Positions 14,380-26,600 of a DNA stretch of 64,000 nt are shown here, in pieces (the stretch's first letter is position 1; each line of letters opens with the position of its first letter). The stretch lies in assembly GCF_009914755.1 (NCBI RefSeq), contig NC_060935.1; one strand, given 5' to 3'. A model generated the notes under the pieces. It was not told where the DNA came from and did not search any database. It worked only from the letters and a program-made list of their open reading frames with translations. The DNA is from the human T2T-CHM13v2.0 reference genome, Homo sapiens. A program made the translations under genes and the position numbers.

Positions 14380-15129
14380 GATGACTTGTTCGCGGACCTG
14401 GCCAACCTGAGCCACCTCTTCCTCCACGGGAACCGCCTGCGGCTGCTCACAGAGCACGTGTTTCGCGGCCTGGGCAGCCTGGACCGGCTGCTGCTGCACG
14501 GGAACCGGCTGCAGGGCGTGCACCGCGCGGCCTTCCGCGGCCTCAGCCGCCTCACCATCCTCTACCTGTTCAACAACAGCCTGGCCTCGCTGCCCGGCGA
14601 GGCGCTCGCCGACCTGCCCTCGCTCGAGTTCCTGCGGCTCAACGCTAACCCCTGGGCGTGCGACTGCCGCGCGCGGCCGCTCTGGGCCTGGTTCCAGCGC
14701 GCGCGCGTGTCCAGCTCCGACGTGACCTGCGCCACCCCCCCGGAGCGCCAGGGCCGAGACCTGCGCGCGCTCCGCGAGGCCGACTTCCAGGCGTGTCCGC
14801 CCGCGGCACCCACGCGGCCGGGCAGCCGCGCCCGCGGCAACAGCTCCTCCAACCACCTGTACGGGGTGGCCGAGGCCGGGGCGCCCCCAGCCGATCCCTC
14901 CACCCTCTACCGAGATCTGCCTGCCGAAGACTCGCGGGGGCGCCAGGGCGGGGACGCGCCTACTGAGGACGACTACTGGGGGGGCTACGGGGGTGAGGAC
15001 CAGCGAGGGGAGCAGATGTGCCCCGGCGCTGCCTGCCAGGCGCCCCCGGACTCCCGAGGCCCTGCGCTCTCGGCCGGGCTCCCCAGCCCTCTGCTTTGCC
15101 TCCTGCTCCTGGTGCCCCACCACCTCTGA
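14380..15129 (+). CDS. RTN4RL2: RTN4RL2 coding exon 3 (LRRs, LRRCT, stalk, GPI-anchor signal)
   Basis: Acceptor cccacccag|GAT GAC TTG in phase 0 with exon 2. Contains the NPWACDC LRRCT motif and hydrophobic C-terminus [13 protein letters not shown]; TGA at 15127-15129. Confidence 0.97.
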   Translation, partial: DDLFADLANLSHLFLHGNRLRLLTEHVFRGLGSLDRLLLHGNRLQGVHRAAFRGLSRLTILYLFNNSLASLPGEALADLPSLEFLRLNANPWACDCRARPLWAWFQRARVSSSDVTCATPPERQGRDLRALREADFQACPPAAPTRPGSRARGNSSSNHLYGVAEAGAPPADPSTLYRDLPAEDSRGRQGGDAPTEDDYWGGYGGEDQRGEQMCPGAACQAPPDSRGPALSAGLPSPLLCLLLLVPHHL

Positions 15130-15210
15130 CTGCGGTGCTGAGATCGAAGAGGCCAGTGTCCGATCCCCGCTTCCCGTCCACCCGGGGCTGCGGCTCCGGC
15201 CCCAGTCGCC
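14380..15210. other. CpG island over RTN4RL2 terminal exon
   Basis: Very high GC and CpG density (e.g. cgcgcgcggccg, gcgcgcgcgtg) compared with flanks. Confidence 0.8.
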
Positions 15211-15730
15211 CCACCTTCCCTGGCCTTGCTGCCTCCCTTTCCCCTCCCAGCTCCTCTCCTCCCCGGGGAGCAGGCCGCCTCTCCTTGCCTGCCCCCTGGG
15301 CTGTCCTGACTTGTGGCAGCCCCAAGAGGGCGTGTGTGGTGGCTCAGCCCTGCCCTCCCCAGTTCTGGCCATTAACTCTTCCCCATCCCAAGGCTGGGGT
15401 GGGGCCCCCCAGGCAGCCGCTGACCCGCACTCCTAAGGGCCCACAGCGGACACCAGAGGGGCTTTTGTCTGCAGAGCGTCTTCCACCAGCAGAGCCTTTG
15501 GAAGCTCCCCCAGGGAGCCCCACCCAGGACCCTTTGGGGGATGCCTCAGTCAGGGCCAGGCTGACCCTGACCCCTGCTTACCCTAGTCCCCTCAACCTCC
15601 TGACACTGGAGGAATACTTTTCTCCTAAGTCTACCCTGGACACTTTTTAGGGCACCTGGAGAGAACTTTCCTCTCCACTGTGGCCCCTGCGTGGTGAAGA
15701 TCAAAAGAAGTTGTTTGGGAAAAAAAATTT

Positions 15731-15736
15731 ATTAAA
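15731..15736 (+). terminator. RTN4RL2: Probable RTN4RL2 polyadenylation signal (ATTAAA)
   Basis: ATTAAA in the only AT-rich patch about 600 nt after the stop, followed by U/GU-rich sequence. Confidence 0.6.
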
Positions 15737-16662
15737 AAATTCTATTATTTTATCTACTGTAAGATTTGTTGACTTGGGACCCCGAAAGCGGGATGAGGTC
15801 TCAGAATGTAAGGATTGCAGGGCCAGGAGGGTTGGAGAAGGGGAGCCGTCCCCCGCCATCAAAGAGCTTCCTGGTGGCTGGAGGTGGTGTGCGCTCCCCC
15901 GCCATGAGGAGGAGCTGAAGCCCTGCATTCTAGGTGAGGCGCAGTGTGGCAGCCAAGAGTGGGTGCTGGTGGCACCTCTTCTCTTCATTTGTCCAGGGGA
16001 AGAGCTGCAGCCAACCCTGAGTGGTCTGGCGCCTGAGGAACTAAGCCTGGGGAAGACCTGCTGTCTGGTTAACAGCCCTCTTCCAGACCCTGTTCCTTCA
16101 GGAAACAAGAGCAGTTCTCCTGCAAGGAGGAGTCACATACACACTCCTGGTCACAGACAGCCCCAACATGGCTTTGGGTAAATGTGAACAAGGCACTGCT
16201 CCCTCAGGGAAACACAGCCCCATGCCAGAGCAAACACCTTAGCAAACAGAGACCAAGGCTGGGTTTCCGCGTACACTTGCCTCCTTGGCTAAGTGCCCTT
16301 GTGCAGTGCACAGCGTACACACCTGCACACAGCAACCCTGTGGGTATGTGGTCTCTCTCTCAGCTCCTGTGAGGTAGAAGCCATCAGGGATGAACCAGGT
16401 CAGAGAAGCAGGTTTCCAAACAGGCTAGAAGAGGGACCGAGGAACTCGGGTGATCAGAGGGACAGGAATCCCAAATTGGGATGCATTACTGGCTTGAGGT
16501 ACAATCAGAACCTTCATCTTTCTGGTGTGTGGAAGAGAGGCTGGGGACTGGGAAGAGCTCAGGCTAAGAAGGACTTGGGTTGGGATTTAGGGGTGAGTCT
16601 CATCAGACTGAGCACTTGGAGAGAAGTTTGGTAGTTTGAATTTGGAGCTAAGAATCTAGCTT

Positions 16663-17038
16663 GGGCAGGGTGTGGTCGCTTGCACCTGTAATCCCAGCTA
16701 ATTGGGAGGCTGACGTGGGAGGATCACTTGAGGCCAAGAATTTGAGACTAGCCTGGACAACATATCGAGACTGAGTCTCTTAAAAATGTTTTTTTAAGAA
16801 TCTAGTTTGGAGTGGGGTGTGATGTCTCAACGTCTGTAATCCCAGCACTCTGGGAGGCTGAGGTGGACAGATCACTTGAGGTCAGGAGTTCAAGACCAGC
16901 CTGGCCAACATGGCAGAAACCCCGTCTCTACTAAAAATTCAAAAAAATTAGCCAGGCGTGACGGCGGGTGCCTATAGTCCCAGGTACTCAGGAGGCTGAG
17001 GCACAAGAATCACTCCAGCCTGGGTGACAGAGACTCTG

Positions 17039-17071
<33 letters not shown>
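16663..17071 (+). mobile_element. Alu monomer plus internally deleted AluS
   Basis: Alu motifs; aatctag(c/t)ttgg occurs three times as flanking repeats. Confidence 0.85.
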
Positions 17072-17074
<3 letters not shown>

Positions 17075-18710
17075 AGCTTGGGAGGTGGGAATAGAAAGAT
17101 AGAGGGGGCCTAGATGCTAGGGCTTGAGGAAGCAGGCTGAGGTTCTGTGATTCTGGCTAGGGAGGTCAAATGATCTTGAGAAGAAGAGAAGAAAGGAGAA
17201 GAAATCAGCATCTAAGCCTGAGGCAGGTAGACTCCGGTTAAGGGTGTGGGGTGGGCTGGGGGAGAGTGAGAGCAGCTGGTCAGAAACCCAGGGAGCTCGG
17301 AGTCTGGGGTCTTGCAGGGGCTTGTGTCAGGCTGGCTGTGAGGAGGTTAATGGGTTGGATTGGAGGGACAGCCAGACAAGAGCTCTGGTGGAGGAGGGGC
17401 TGCTGGGGCCTGGGCAGGGGGAGGGGAGCTGCTGGTAAATTAGAGGCAGGCTGTCCAGGTCATAGAATTATCATTGTGAAATATTCATGGGCCATCGGTC
17501 CAGATGCTATTTCAGAACAGTGAAAGCAAGAGGAGTGTGTGAGCCTCAGGAAGAAGCCTGAAGCAAAGCCACTCTCCACCAACCCCCACCCCTCCCACCA
17601 CCAGCCCAGACAGACCCACGGACGCCCATCACGTGCACACCCACACTCCCGAGCTCTCACACACACTCGCACCAAGCAGAGCCATGTAGCACGTGCAAGC
17701 ACACCAACCACCCACGGGTCCCACAAACAGGCAGGTGTCCCCTAAATTCTGACATGCACACTGACATGCACACCCACTCAATCAGGACCCAGCAGAGATC
17801 ACCTCCAGCGATCTCACATGCGCAGACCCCCAAACTCTCCAAACAACCCAGATTCACCACCTTGACCCACACACCCTGAGATAGGAGGGATGTTCAAGGC
17901 CATCCAGCCCAACCCCCACCAATGCTCTGATGGGGAAACTGAGGCCATAGAAAGGAAGGGATTTGTCTGAGATTCCTCTATCCCCTGAAAAAAGCAAAAT
18001 TCATTCACCTCCCACATTCTGAGTGTACCCCCATTCTGCATTTTCGTCTGCCAGACACCCAGCCTAGTTGTAATTAACTCCTCCCTTTCTCTAATTTCCT
18101 GCATCTATTCAGTTACCCAGTCCCCCACCCAGCCACAGTCTATCCCTTCCTTCCCATTCTCCCCACCACCTCCCTGCTCCAGCTACTCATTACCTCATGC
18201 CTGGAATATAAAAGAAAACTGCGATAACCTCCTCGCTGGTTTCCTACATGGAATCTCTCCCTCCCTCCCACCCAGCCATACCGTGGTGACCAGATTCATC
18301 TGATCAAAATTTGCATATGTTATGATGTCACTCAGGAGCCTGTAATGGCTTCCTAATGCCTATAGGGTAAAGGTAAAACACCTTAGCAGAGCATCAAAGA
18401 TCCCTCAGAGTCTGGTACCAACTGCTTTTCTAGCCTTTTCTCTCACAATCTCATCCCAAACCTTCACTCCAGCTAGAACGTTTGTATCATACTGGCCACC
18501 AGTTATCATGTATGTGAAACCCACCAACCGACTTTGAGTGCCCCCCTAAAATTTCTCAGTCTCTCCTGAAGTAGGAAACCTCTTCCCCCTCCTCAGATCT
18601 CAGACTCCAGAGCCCTTTCCCAAGGCCAAGACTGCACCTCTCTGACCATATACAGGGGTTCTTCAAAGCAGCAGACAGAGGCTCAGGCTCTGGCTCCCTC
18701 CAAGCAGACG

Positions 18711-18740
18711 GCTGCCCCCGACTGGCCACCTTGGGAAGCA
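18711..18740 (-). promoter_or_regulatory. CTCF-like motif with upstream-module-like flank
   Basis: Minus strand reads CTGTGCTTCCCAAGGTGGCCAGTCGGGGGCAGC. Confidence 0.55.
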
Positions 18741-19753
18741 CAGCCAGGTTTCAGTCGTCTAGAACAGAGAATGAGCATCTAACCGCCTGGGGAGAGGACT
18801 AGGACACCAGATGATAAGGTTTATAAGCCCTTAAGCCTCTAAGGTTCTTACACCCAGAGTAGGGGGGGGACGGTTCTCAGCCCTGTTTCCCTAGCTGCGG
18901 GCTCCCAATTTTCGATCCCTAATCCGAGAGGAACTCCTCTCCAATGAAATACAGACTTGGGACTCTCAGGACACTGTGGAAGGGAAATTTCCCAACAGAC
19001 TCTGAGAGTCCAGGAGGCCAGGGATAGACCAGGTGGCAGGCCCAAGGTCCAGCTGGGGTCAGGTTTCTATATGAATTTTTAATGCTTCCAGATAGACTTG
19101 TCAGATGTTCTGAAAACTGAGCATCTCCTTTCACCTCTGTACATGATGCCCTTCTCCAACCCCATTGCCCCTGCAGGAGGGCAGGCCTGGGACAGATATT
19201 CAGTGGCCTCTGGAGAAACGGTTTTGGGACAGTAGAAGGGTAAATGACCTAGTTATGTTCCCACTAGTAAGCTGTGTGACCTTGGGCAAGTTACTTAACC
19301 TCTCTGAACATTAGAGTTCTGTGGGTTTGTTTTTGTTTTGTAAGCTGGGGACAATAGTGCCAGCCTAAATCCATTTGTTGTGGGGACTCAGTGCAATAGC
19401 CCATGGCAAAGTGACCTACATGCTTGCTGTTATTATTCTCTTTCCTCAAGTTCTGCCTCCCTCTTCCAGCTTTTCTTCCAACCCCAAAGATGTCTCTGGC
19501 TATTGCTTCGAAGGTAGGAACTTTGGTTGGTTCTCCCCTTTCTCTTCAGGCCCAAACTCCCCACCTCAAGATCCTTTGGCCTTTGTAGAAACTTCAGGTG
19601 AGGAGGTGGCAGAGAAATAAGAAAGTGTGCAAGGCTGGTGGAGTGAGAGAGGAGGATAGATGGCGAAGCCCTAGCAGAGGGGAGGGAAGTGGGCAGTGGA
19701 GAGAGGAAGGGAAGACCCTGCTCAGAGAGAGAAGAGCCAGGCACAGACTCATT

Positions 19754-19843
19754 CCTTCATCCCTCCCTTCCTTCCTCCCTCCCTCCCTCCCTCCCTCCCT
19801 CCCTTCCTTCCTTCCTTCCTTCCTTCCTTCCTTCCTTCCCTCC
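19754..19843. repeat. (CCCT)n/(TTCC)n microsatellite
   Basis: 9 consecutive TTCC at 19804-19839, preceded by a CCCT run. Confidence 0.95.
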
Positions 19844-20044
19844 ATCTTCTCCACACCTGGTATCATCATACAGAAGCAGAGAGGACTGCACTTGGTGAAA
19901 GTTTCAATTCTCCTGTGTGGAGAGGTGAGCACTGAGGAAGGGGTGGGGGCTGTCAAAGGAGACTTACCCAATCTTTCCAGCCCACCAATCCCTTGCCCAG
20001 TGTTTCTATAAAATAAGGGCCTTTTGCATCTGATTTAAGTAGGA

Positions 20045-20155
20045 AGCTGATTCCTGAGCCCCTCAGATCTGCTGAATCAGATAGCTAAGGGGGCCCTGGA
20101 ATCTGCATTTTAGCAAGCGGAGGTGGGTTATGAAGCACTCCAAAGTTTGAGACAC
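20045..20155. mobile_element. MER5-like fragment
   Basis: gctgattcctgagccc...tgaatcaga...ggaatctgcatttt...aaagtttgaga. Confidence 0.6.
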
Positions 20156-20649
20156 GCCTCAAAGGTGGAGTGGTTCTGTGGGGGGCAGAAAGGAAAATGC
20201 AAAGGGGGAAGGGGTCACACTTGGGGAAGGTTTCAGACAATACCGAGTGGAAAGGGTGATGCCAGGTGTGGGGAGTAACAGATAGAGGAGGCAAAGTGAG
20301 TGGAGACCAAGCCAGACCGGGGAGGAGGGGGCCACAGCCAAGGTGAGACAGGTCAGCAGCCAGAAACCGAAGCAGACACTTGCAGGGTGCACCCCGCCCT
20401 CTCTTCGTGGCAATCTGAGACCGAGGACGTGGAGACCCTGGAGAGCCCCCAACCTTGTTTCTGGGGGGTGGGTCAGAGAGGAAGCCTCTCATCCCCGGGC
20501 ACCAGCGGCCTTCCCGGGAGGCTCAACACGCAGATACCTGGATAGGCGTCCATCACTCCCCCGGCCAGAGCCCACCAACGCTCCTCGAGGTCCGACCTTG
20601 TCCCTCCTTCTACCCCACAGTCCCCAGTCCTAGCTCATCTGCATAAAGC

Positions 20650-21560
20650 TCCAATTAACATGTTTTTCCTTTGCTATTTGCGATCCCAGAACTCGTTCCC
20701 CACCCCGAGCCCGTTTCCCGCCGCTTCCTCGCCCCTGGGAGGGCGGCCCCATTAACCCTCGCGACCCGGGCCGCTCCTGGCGGTCCTGACCCCGCCACCC
20801 CGTCCCGCGGCGGGGGTCTGGGGGTGAGGGGCGCGCCCTGGGGCAGAGGATTGCGCGGCAGGGTCTGCCACAGGGCAGAGGCCAGGGCTCTCCGGGAAAA
20901 AGGCAGGCGCATATATGCCCCCCTTTCTGGGAAAAGACGGGGAGGGGGGCTTCTCCTGGGAGACTCCAGGCTTCGAAATTCCTCGTTCCCTATCCTCCGG
21001 CCCCCGCACCCCTCCTCCTCCCCGCCACGCACCCTCTCCCCTCCCCAGCCATCTGTTCCACTCCGCAGCGCCGCGACAAACACGGCTCCAGCTCGCTTCC
21101 GCCCCTGCCCAGCCCCCTCCCCAAGCCCCGGGGAGTGGGGGAGTGAGCAGACGCCCTTCTCCTAGGAGGCCGGAATTTCTGCCTCCATCTCCCACCGGGG
21201 TCCGGCTGGCCAGAGGCAAGCTTCGAGACCCCCCACCAACCACCACCACCGTTGCGAGGGCCGGTGAGGCTGCAGATAACGCTTGCAAGGACGGGAGTCG
21301 GGGAGGGTGTAGGGCGAGTTTAAAGGACGGGCAGAGCAAGCCCCGGGAAGAGGCAGGGGTTTTCCCTCCCGGGTCGCCGCCCCCCGCACCCTCGGAGCCA
21401 GCCGCAGCCACGCAGCGCCGCCTGCCGGGCACACCAAGGACCTGGCGCGCACGTGGCGCTTACCCCCACCCCCGGGTCCGCTCCTGGCTCGCGCTCAGCC
21501 TCCCCAGACTATTCGCAAATTGAGGATCCCGGACACAGAGTGCAGAGACCCCGGCAAGCC
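20650..21560. promoter_or_regulatory. Orphan CpG island between the 3' ends of RTN4RL2 and SLC43A1
   Basis: About 900 bp GC/CpG-rich and repeat-free, with GC boxes and CACGTG at 21450; no coding exon. Confidence 0.75.
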
Positions 21561-22755
21561 TACTGAAAGCCAGCCGAACCCGCTGGTGGGTGCTAGCCAA
21601 TTCTGATTTTGTACTTTACAAAAACAAAAAAAGTCAGTGTTGGAAGTCGGGAGTCTGGGCTCAGAGCAGCAGGGATCTGCGATGTGACTTTGCCAAGTCT
21701 CCAGACCCCTGAGGACAGGTTTTCCTATCTGAAAACGGAGGGGACAGTCTCTCTTATTAACTTCTCAAGAGAAACAAAGACAAAGGGAGGGAAAATGGCT
21801 TAGCTGGAATGCTGTCTTACAGAGCCAACCTTTGGAGGTGGGGGAGATGGCCAAGGCCTCTGAGGTCACTCTTGGCCCCAGGAGCAGCTGAGAACCGGAA
21901 AGAAGCTTGGGACCTCCTTTCTGCAGAGCTATCCTTTCCACAGACTGCCGAGGTTCCAAATTGAGCTCCACCACCTAACACTGTGTGCCCTTGGGTGTGT
22001 GCCTTAACCTCTCTGGGCTTGTTTCCTACAGCGACAAGAAAGAATGACAACACCAACCTCTTAGGCTATAGTTTGGATAAAATGAGATAGCTGTGTAGAA
22101 CAGACAGATCCTAAACCAATGTTAGTTTTCCCTTCATTTGGGGACTTGCTCTAACCTCCAGGGCTTATGTCCCAGAGGCACAAGCAGGTGCAGGGCTGGA
22201 TAAATAAGGTATGTCTTTCTGCAGGATCTCTTGTCCTCACTGATGGTGTCTTCTCTTGATATAGATAATTTTAAAGCTTCACGTTATTTATTTATTTACT
22301 TTAAAGCCTCACTTTAATGTTAAAGGTAAATGTAAATATAGTATAACAAGGAAGCTCAAAATTTGCATAAAGTTTTAAGATAAAATAGGAGACTCCAAAA
22401 AAGTGTTACTTTCGGCAGGCCCTAGGGATGCTATGGTGGGAAGTTTGAGTCATACCTTAGCATTCTTTCTAAAGCATTCTGTCCTAATCCTCTGTATGGA
22501 GAAAAGCCAGCTTCCTGGATGTACCCCAAATCCTGGGAAGTAGGGGGCAGGAGCTGGACTCCCTCCAAGCACTAAGGGCAGGGCATGGTTGGGAACAGGG
22601 AGGTGAGCCAGACAGCCAGAGGCGAACGGGCTGGCATGCCAAGCGTCCTAGTTAATGCCCAGCTGAGCCTGGGTGAAGAAGGATGGGGGTGTGGGAAGAC
22701 ACCCCCCACCAACCGCCAAAGACAGGCGCACACCAGCCAGTCTCTCACTTCCCTT

Positions 22756-22761
22756 TTTATT
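22756..22761 (-). terminator. SLC43A1: Probable SLC43A1 polyadenylation signal (AATAAA)
   Basis: tttatt on + (AATAAA on -) about 540 nt past the stop, followed on - by GT-rich sequence (ctggctggtgtgcgcctgtctttgg). Confidence 0.7.
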
Positions 22762-23302
22762 TCCTCTAAGACTTGCAAGCAGCAGCACCAGAGAGGGAAC
22801 CTGCCCTCCTGGCCCTGGAAGGGGCCGACCCCCAACCCCTAACCCAGGACACAGCTGGCACCTCAGGCCCCTTTCCTTCTGAAAGGAGGGCTGTGTCTCT
22901 CTCACATTCACACATACACAGACACATGCATGTGTGCACACTCATGGCACATGGGACCTCAGGGGTAGCCTGTTTGCCGATCCCCCCAAGAGGTACCAGG
23001 AGGCAGACCGCTAGAAGGAGATAAGAGGCACCCTGGTCTCCTCCAACCCAAGGAGGAAGAAAGCTCAACCCCTCTAGGATAGGGACTGTCTTCAGTCAAT
23101 GGAGCGTTGACTTAGGGGGCGTTTTTGAAGGTTTTTTTTCCTCCTTTTTGCAGTCTTTACAAAAATAGAACTTCTCTTGGTATTTATAAATCTACGGCCA
23201 TGGCTCTATGTGCATGTTACAGGTAGAAAAGCCATATGGGGCACTCCTTTTGGTTGCTCAGGCCTTGATTGCCTGTCATCCAGGTCCCTTGGTCTGAGAA
23301 GT

Positions 23303-23449
23303 CTATGCGGTCACCTCAGAGCCGCTAAGCACCTTCAGTGGGCCCATCCCATTGGCGGCGTACTCCTGCTGGAGCCGGGCACGGTAATAGAAGAGGTAGG
23401 AAGGCAACAGGAATCCCAGGAGTGAGAATAGCAGGAGGCCCAGATTCAC
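23303..23449 (-). CDS. SLC43A1: SLC43A1 last coding exon (VNLGLL...GSEVTA*)
   Basis: Acceptor ccctaaag|GTG; TAG at 23305-23303; 147 nt completes 559 aa. Confidence 0.95.
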   Translation of the reverse strand: MNLGLLLFSLLGFLLPSYLFYYRARLQQEYAANGMGPLKVLSGSEVTA

Positions 23450-24411
23450 CTTTAGGGCAAGGAGAGAGAAACAGAGTCAAGTAGGTAGTCATCTGCCCTT
23501 AGCCTCCCACAGGGAGGAGAAGGCGGCCATTTTTCTCCAGGTCCTGAGCCAGAATAAATACAGCTAGTACTTATTATGTGTAGTCATTGTTCCACCAGTA
23601 TCTCACTTAATGTTCAGCAATTCTGCAAAGTGGCTGAGATGAGACTTCTCAGGTATAACAAGTGGCAGGGCCTGGTGGGTGCCCACACCATATGGCACTC
23701 ACTAGGTAGGTATGAGGAAGGCACAGCACTGTAGGAGTCTGGGCTGGTCAGGCTGCTCCCGAAATGGGGCCTTCTGGGCTCACCCCTCTGACCTTTGGAG
23801 ATGTTAACCAATGGGATCCCGTTCAGGGTGGCGAGAGGAGGCTCTCAGACACAGTTCAAGGAACTGGGATGCACAGCCTGGTGGACAGAAGGCTTGGAAG
23901 GCCCAGGACACGCGGGCTCTGACTCGGTTCACATCCCACTCTGCATTACTCACTGTGTGACTTTGGGCAAATAATGGCAATTCTTACTGAGTGCCTCCTT
24001 CTCAGGGCTGTTGTGGCGAAGATGTAAGTTAAAAAAAAGTATGCATCATGCTTAGCACATAGTGAGTGCTTGGTAAATAGAAGCAGTTATTTCATCACAA
24101 TTCTTTGGGAGGAGGGTTTACGTGTGGGTGGCCCCACAGGGCAGATGAAAGATCAGCGTCAGGGAGGCAGATGAGTTCAATGTAAGGAAAAGACTTACTA
24201 ACAGCAGCAGGGCTGCCTCGTGCAGGAGTGGGTGCCCTACCACTGAGGGTATCTAAGCTAAGAGGGAAGGGTCCCCTTTCAGGGGTGCTGGAGACAGGAT
24301 CCCACACTAGGTAGAACTGGATTGGACCAATGGTGCCTGAACACAGGCCCAAGAGTCAGGACTGGCCACTTCACAAAGCACCTGGAGTTTACTAAAAACA
24401 GACTCCTAGGA

Positions 24412-25080
<669 letters not shown>

Positions 25081-25301
25081 CTACGGTCAGGCTGAGATAT
25101 CCTGATTCAGGGGACTGGGGAATCTGTATTTTTAACACTCCGTGAGGGGTTCTAAAAGGCAGACAACTTGGAAACCTGCAGATTAGAGACCTCTGAGGTG
25201 CCTCTGGCTGAGATGAGTGAGGGATGGCACCACATACAAGGCCCTACCCCTGCCCCCAGGAGAGTGGCTCCTGCTCCCCCCACACCAACCCTCGCTCTCA
25301 C

Positions 25302-25425
25302 CCAGAAGGGCTCTCCTTTCAGGGGTCCCACCATCGCCATGAAAAGTGGCTGCTGAAGCAAGGCGAACACAGCACTGATGAGGGACTGCAGGCCTGTCAG
25401 CGTCCCAAAGTGGTTGGATGGGAAC
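25302..25425 (-). CDS. SLC43A1: SLC43A1 coding exon (FPSNHFGT...GEPFW)
   Basis: gacag|G TTC...TGG|gtgaga; 124 nt, phase 2 to 0. Confidence 0.95.
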
Positions 25426-25719
25426 CTGTCCACGAGACGGGGAGTATCAGGGGTGTGTGGCCCTCTCCAGCCCAGGCCAGCACCTCTCCTATCCCCTCCC
25501 CACCATGGTCCCCGCTGGCCAGGCAGGGTGGTGCTTAAGCGTTCGGGCTCTTTGCATGGGCTCTTTGGTCCCCAGCCTTGAGGGCAAATGCTCCAACTTC
25601 AGGGCCACTGAGCTGGGTTCTCACACCTCCTGTATGTGTGATATTGGCAAGTGGCTCAAACTCCCTGAGCCCCACTTCCTCCACTAATAACAGGGATGGC
25701 ATTGACCTCGCAGGACTGT

Positions 25720-26600
25720 CCACTGTATTCTGTCAACAAACATTTAGCTGAGAACCTACTATGTGCCAGGCACTGCTCTAGGTGCTGGAGATACCACGAT
25801 CAAGCAAGTCAACAGATTCCTGCCATCGAGGAGGTGGCATTCCCATGGAGCAGGTGGCGGTCAGACAATAAGCAAGAGATAGGCAGAGTGTTAGTGATAA
25901 ACGCTGAGAAAAACCAAGCAGAGAAGCGGGCAGTAGGGAGGTTGCAATTGTACATGGGACAGCCAAGGGAGGCCTCACTGAGAAGAGGACAGTCAGGGAA
26001 AGACCTGAAGAAGGAGAGAAGGTAAGATTGGGCACCTTGCAGATATCTGGAGAAGAATGTTCTAGAAACAGGGACTAGTACATGCAAAGATGCCAAGCAG
26101 GGAACACACTTGAGACTTCCGGAGCACTAGGAAGCACTGTGGCTGTGGCAGAGTGAACAATGGAGGAGGGGGAGCTAGAGGGGAGTGAAGTGCTGGGGCC
26201 AGAGCTTGCAGGGCTTTTTAGGCCATAGTAAAGCCTTTGGCTTTTACTCTGAGACAGATGAGACAGGACACCACAGAGTGATGTGAAGAGACTTATGTCC
26301 TGACAGGTGACTGCAGCCCCTGTGTTAAAAATAGACTGAGACAGCGGGGCCAGGGCAGATGTGGGAGACTAAAGGCTGCCACAATAATCCAGGCTAGAGA
26401 TGTTGGTGGCTAGGACTGGAGAGGCAGCAGTGGAGGTGACAAGAAGGGTCAGATTTGGGGTGTGTAGAAGCTGCTGCTGGCTGTACTGAGGACGGAGTGA
26501 ACATGGAGTGTGAGGGAGAGAAACATCAAGGAAACTCCAGGGTTCTGGCTTGAGCAGATGAAGGAAAGAGAGCTGCCCTCTGCCGAGACCGCTGCAGTGA
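25720..26600 (-). mobile_element. L2 LINE 3' region
   Basis: caacaaacatttagctgagaacctactatgtgccaggcactgctctaggtgctgg and following L2-like body. Confidence 0.7.

Noticed and set aside
14260-15372. 370-aa antisense ORF over RTN4RL2 exon 3, and the 130-aa antisense ORF over exon 2
   Set aside because: Shadow ORFs of GC3-rich coding sequence with no recognisable domain.
20671-21523. Several 140-226 aa ORFs in the orphan CpG island
   Set aside because: Overlapping on both strands, Pro/Arg/Gly-rich, expected from GC content.
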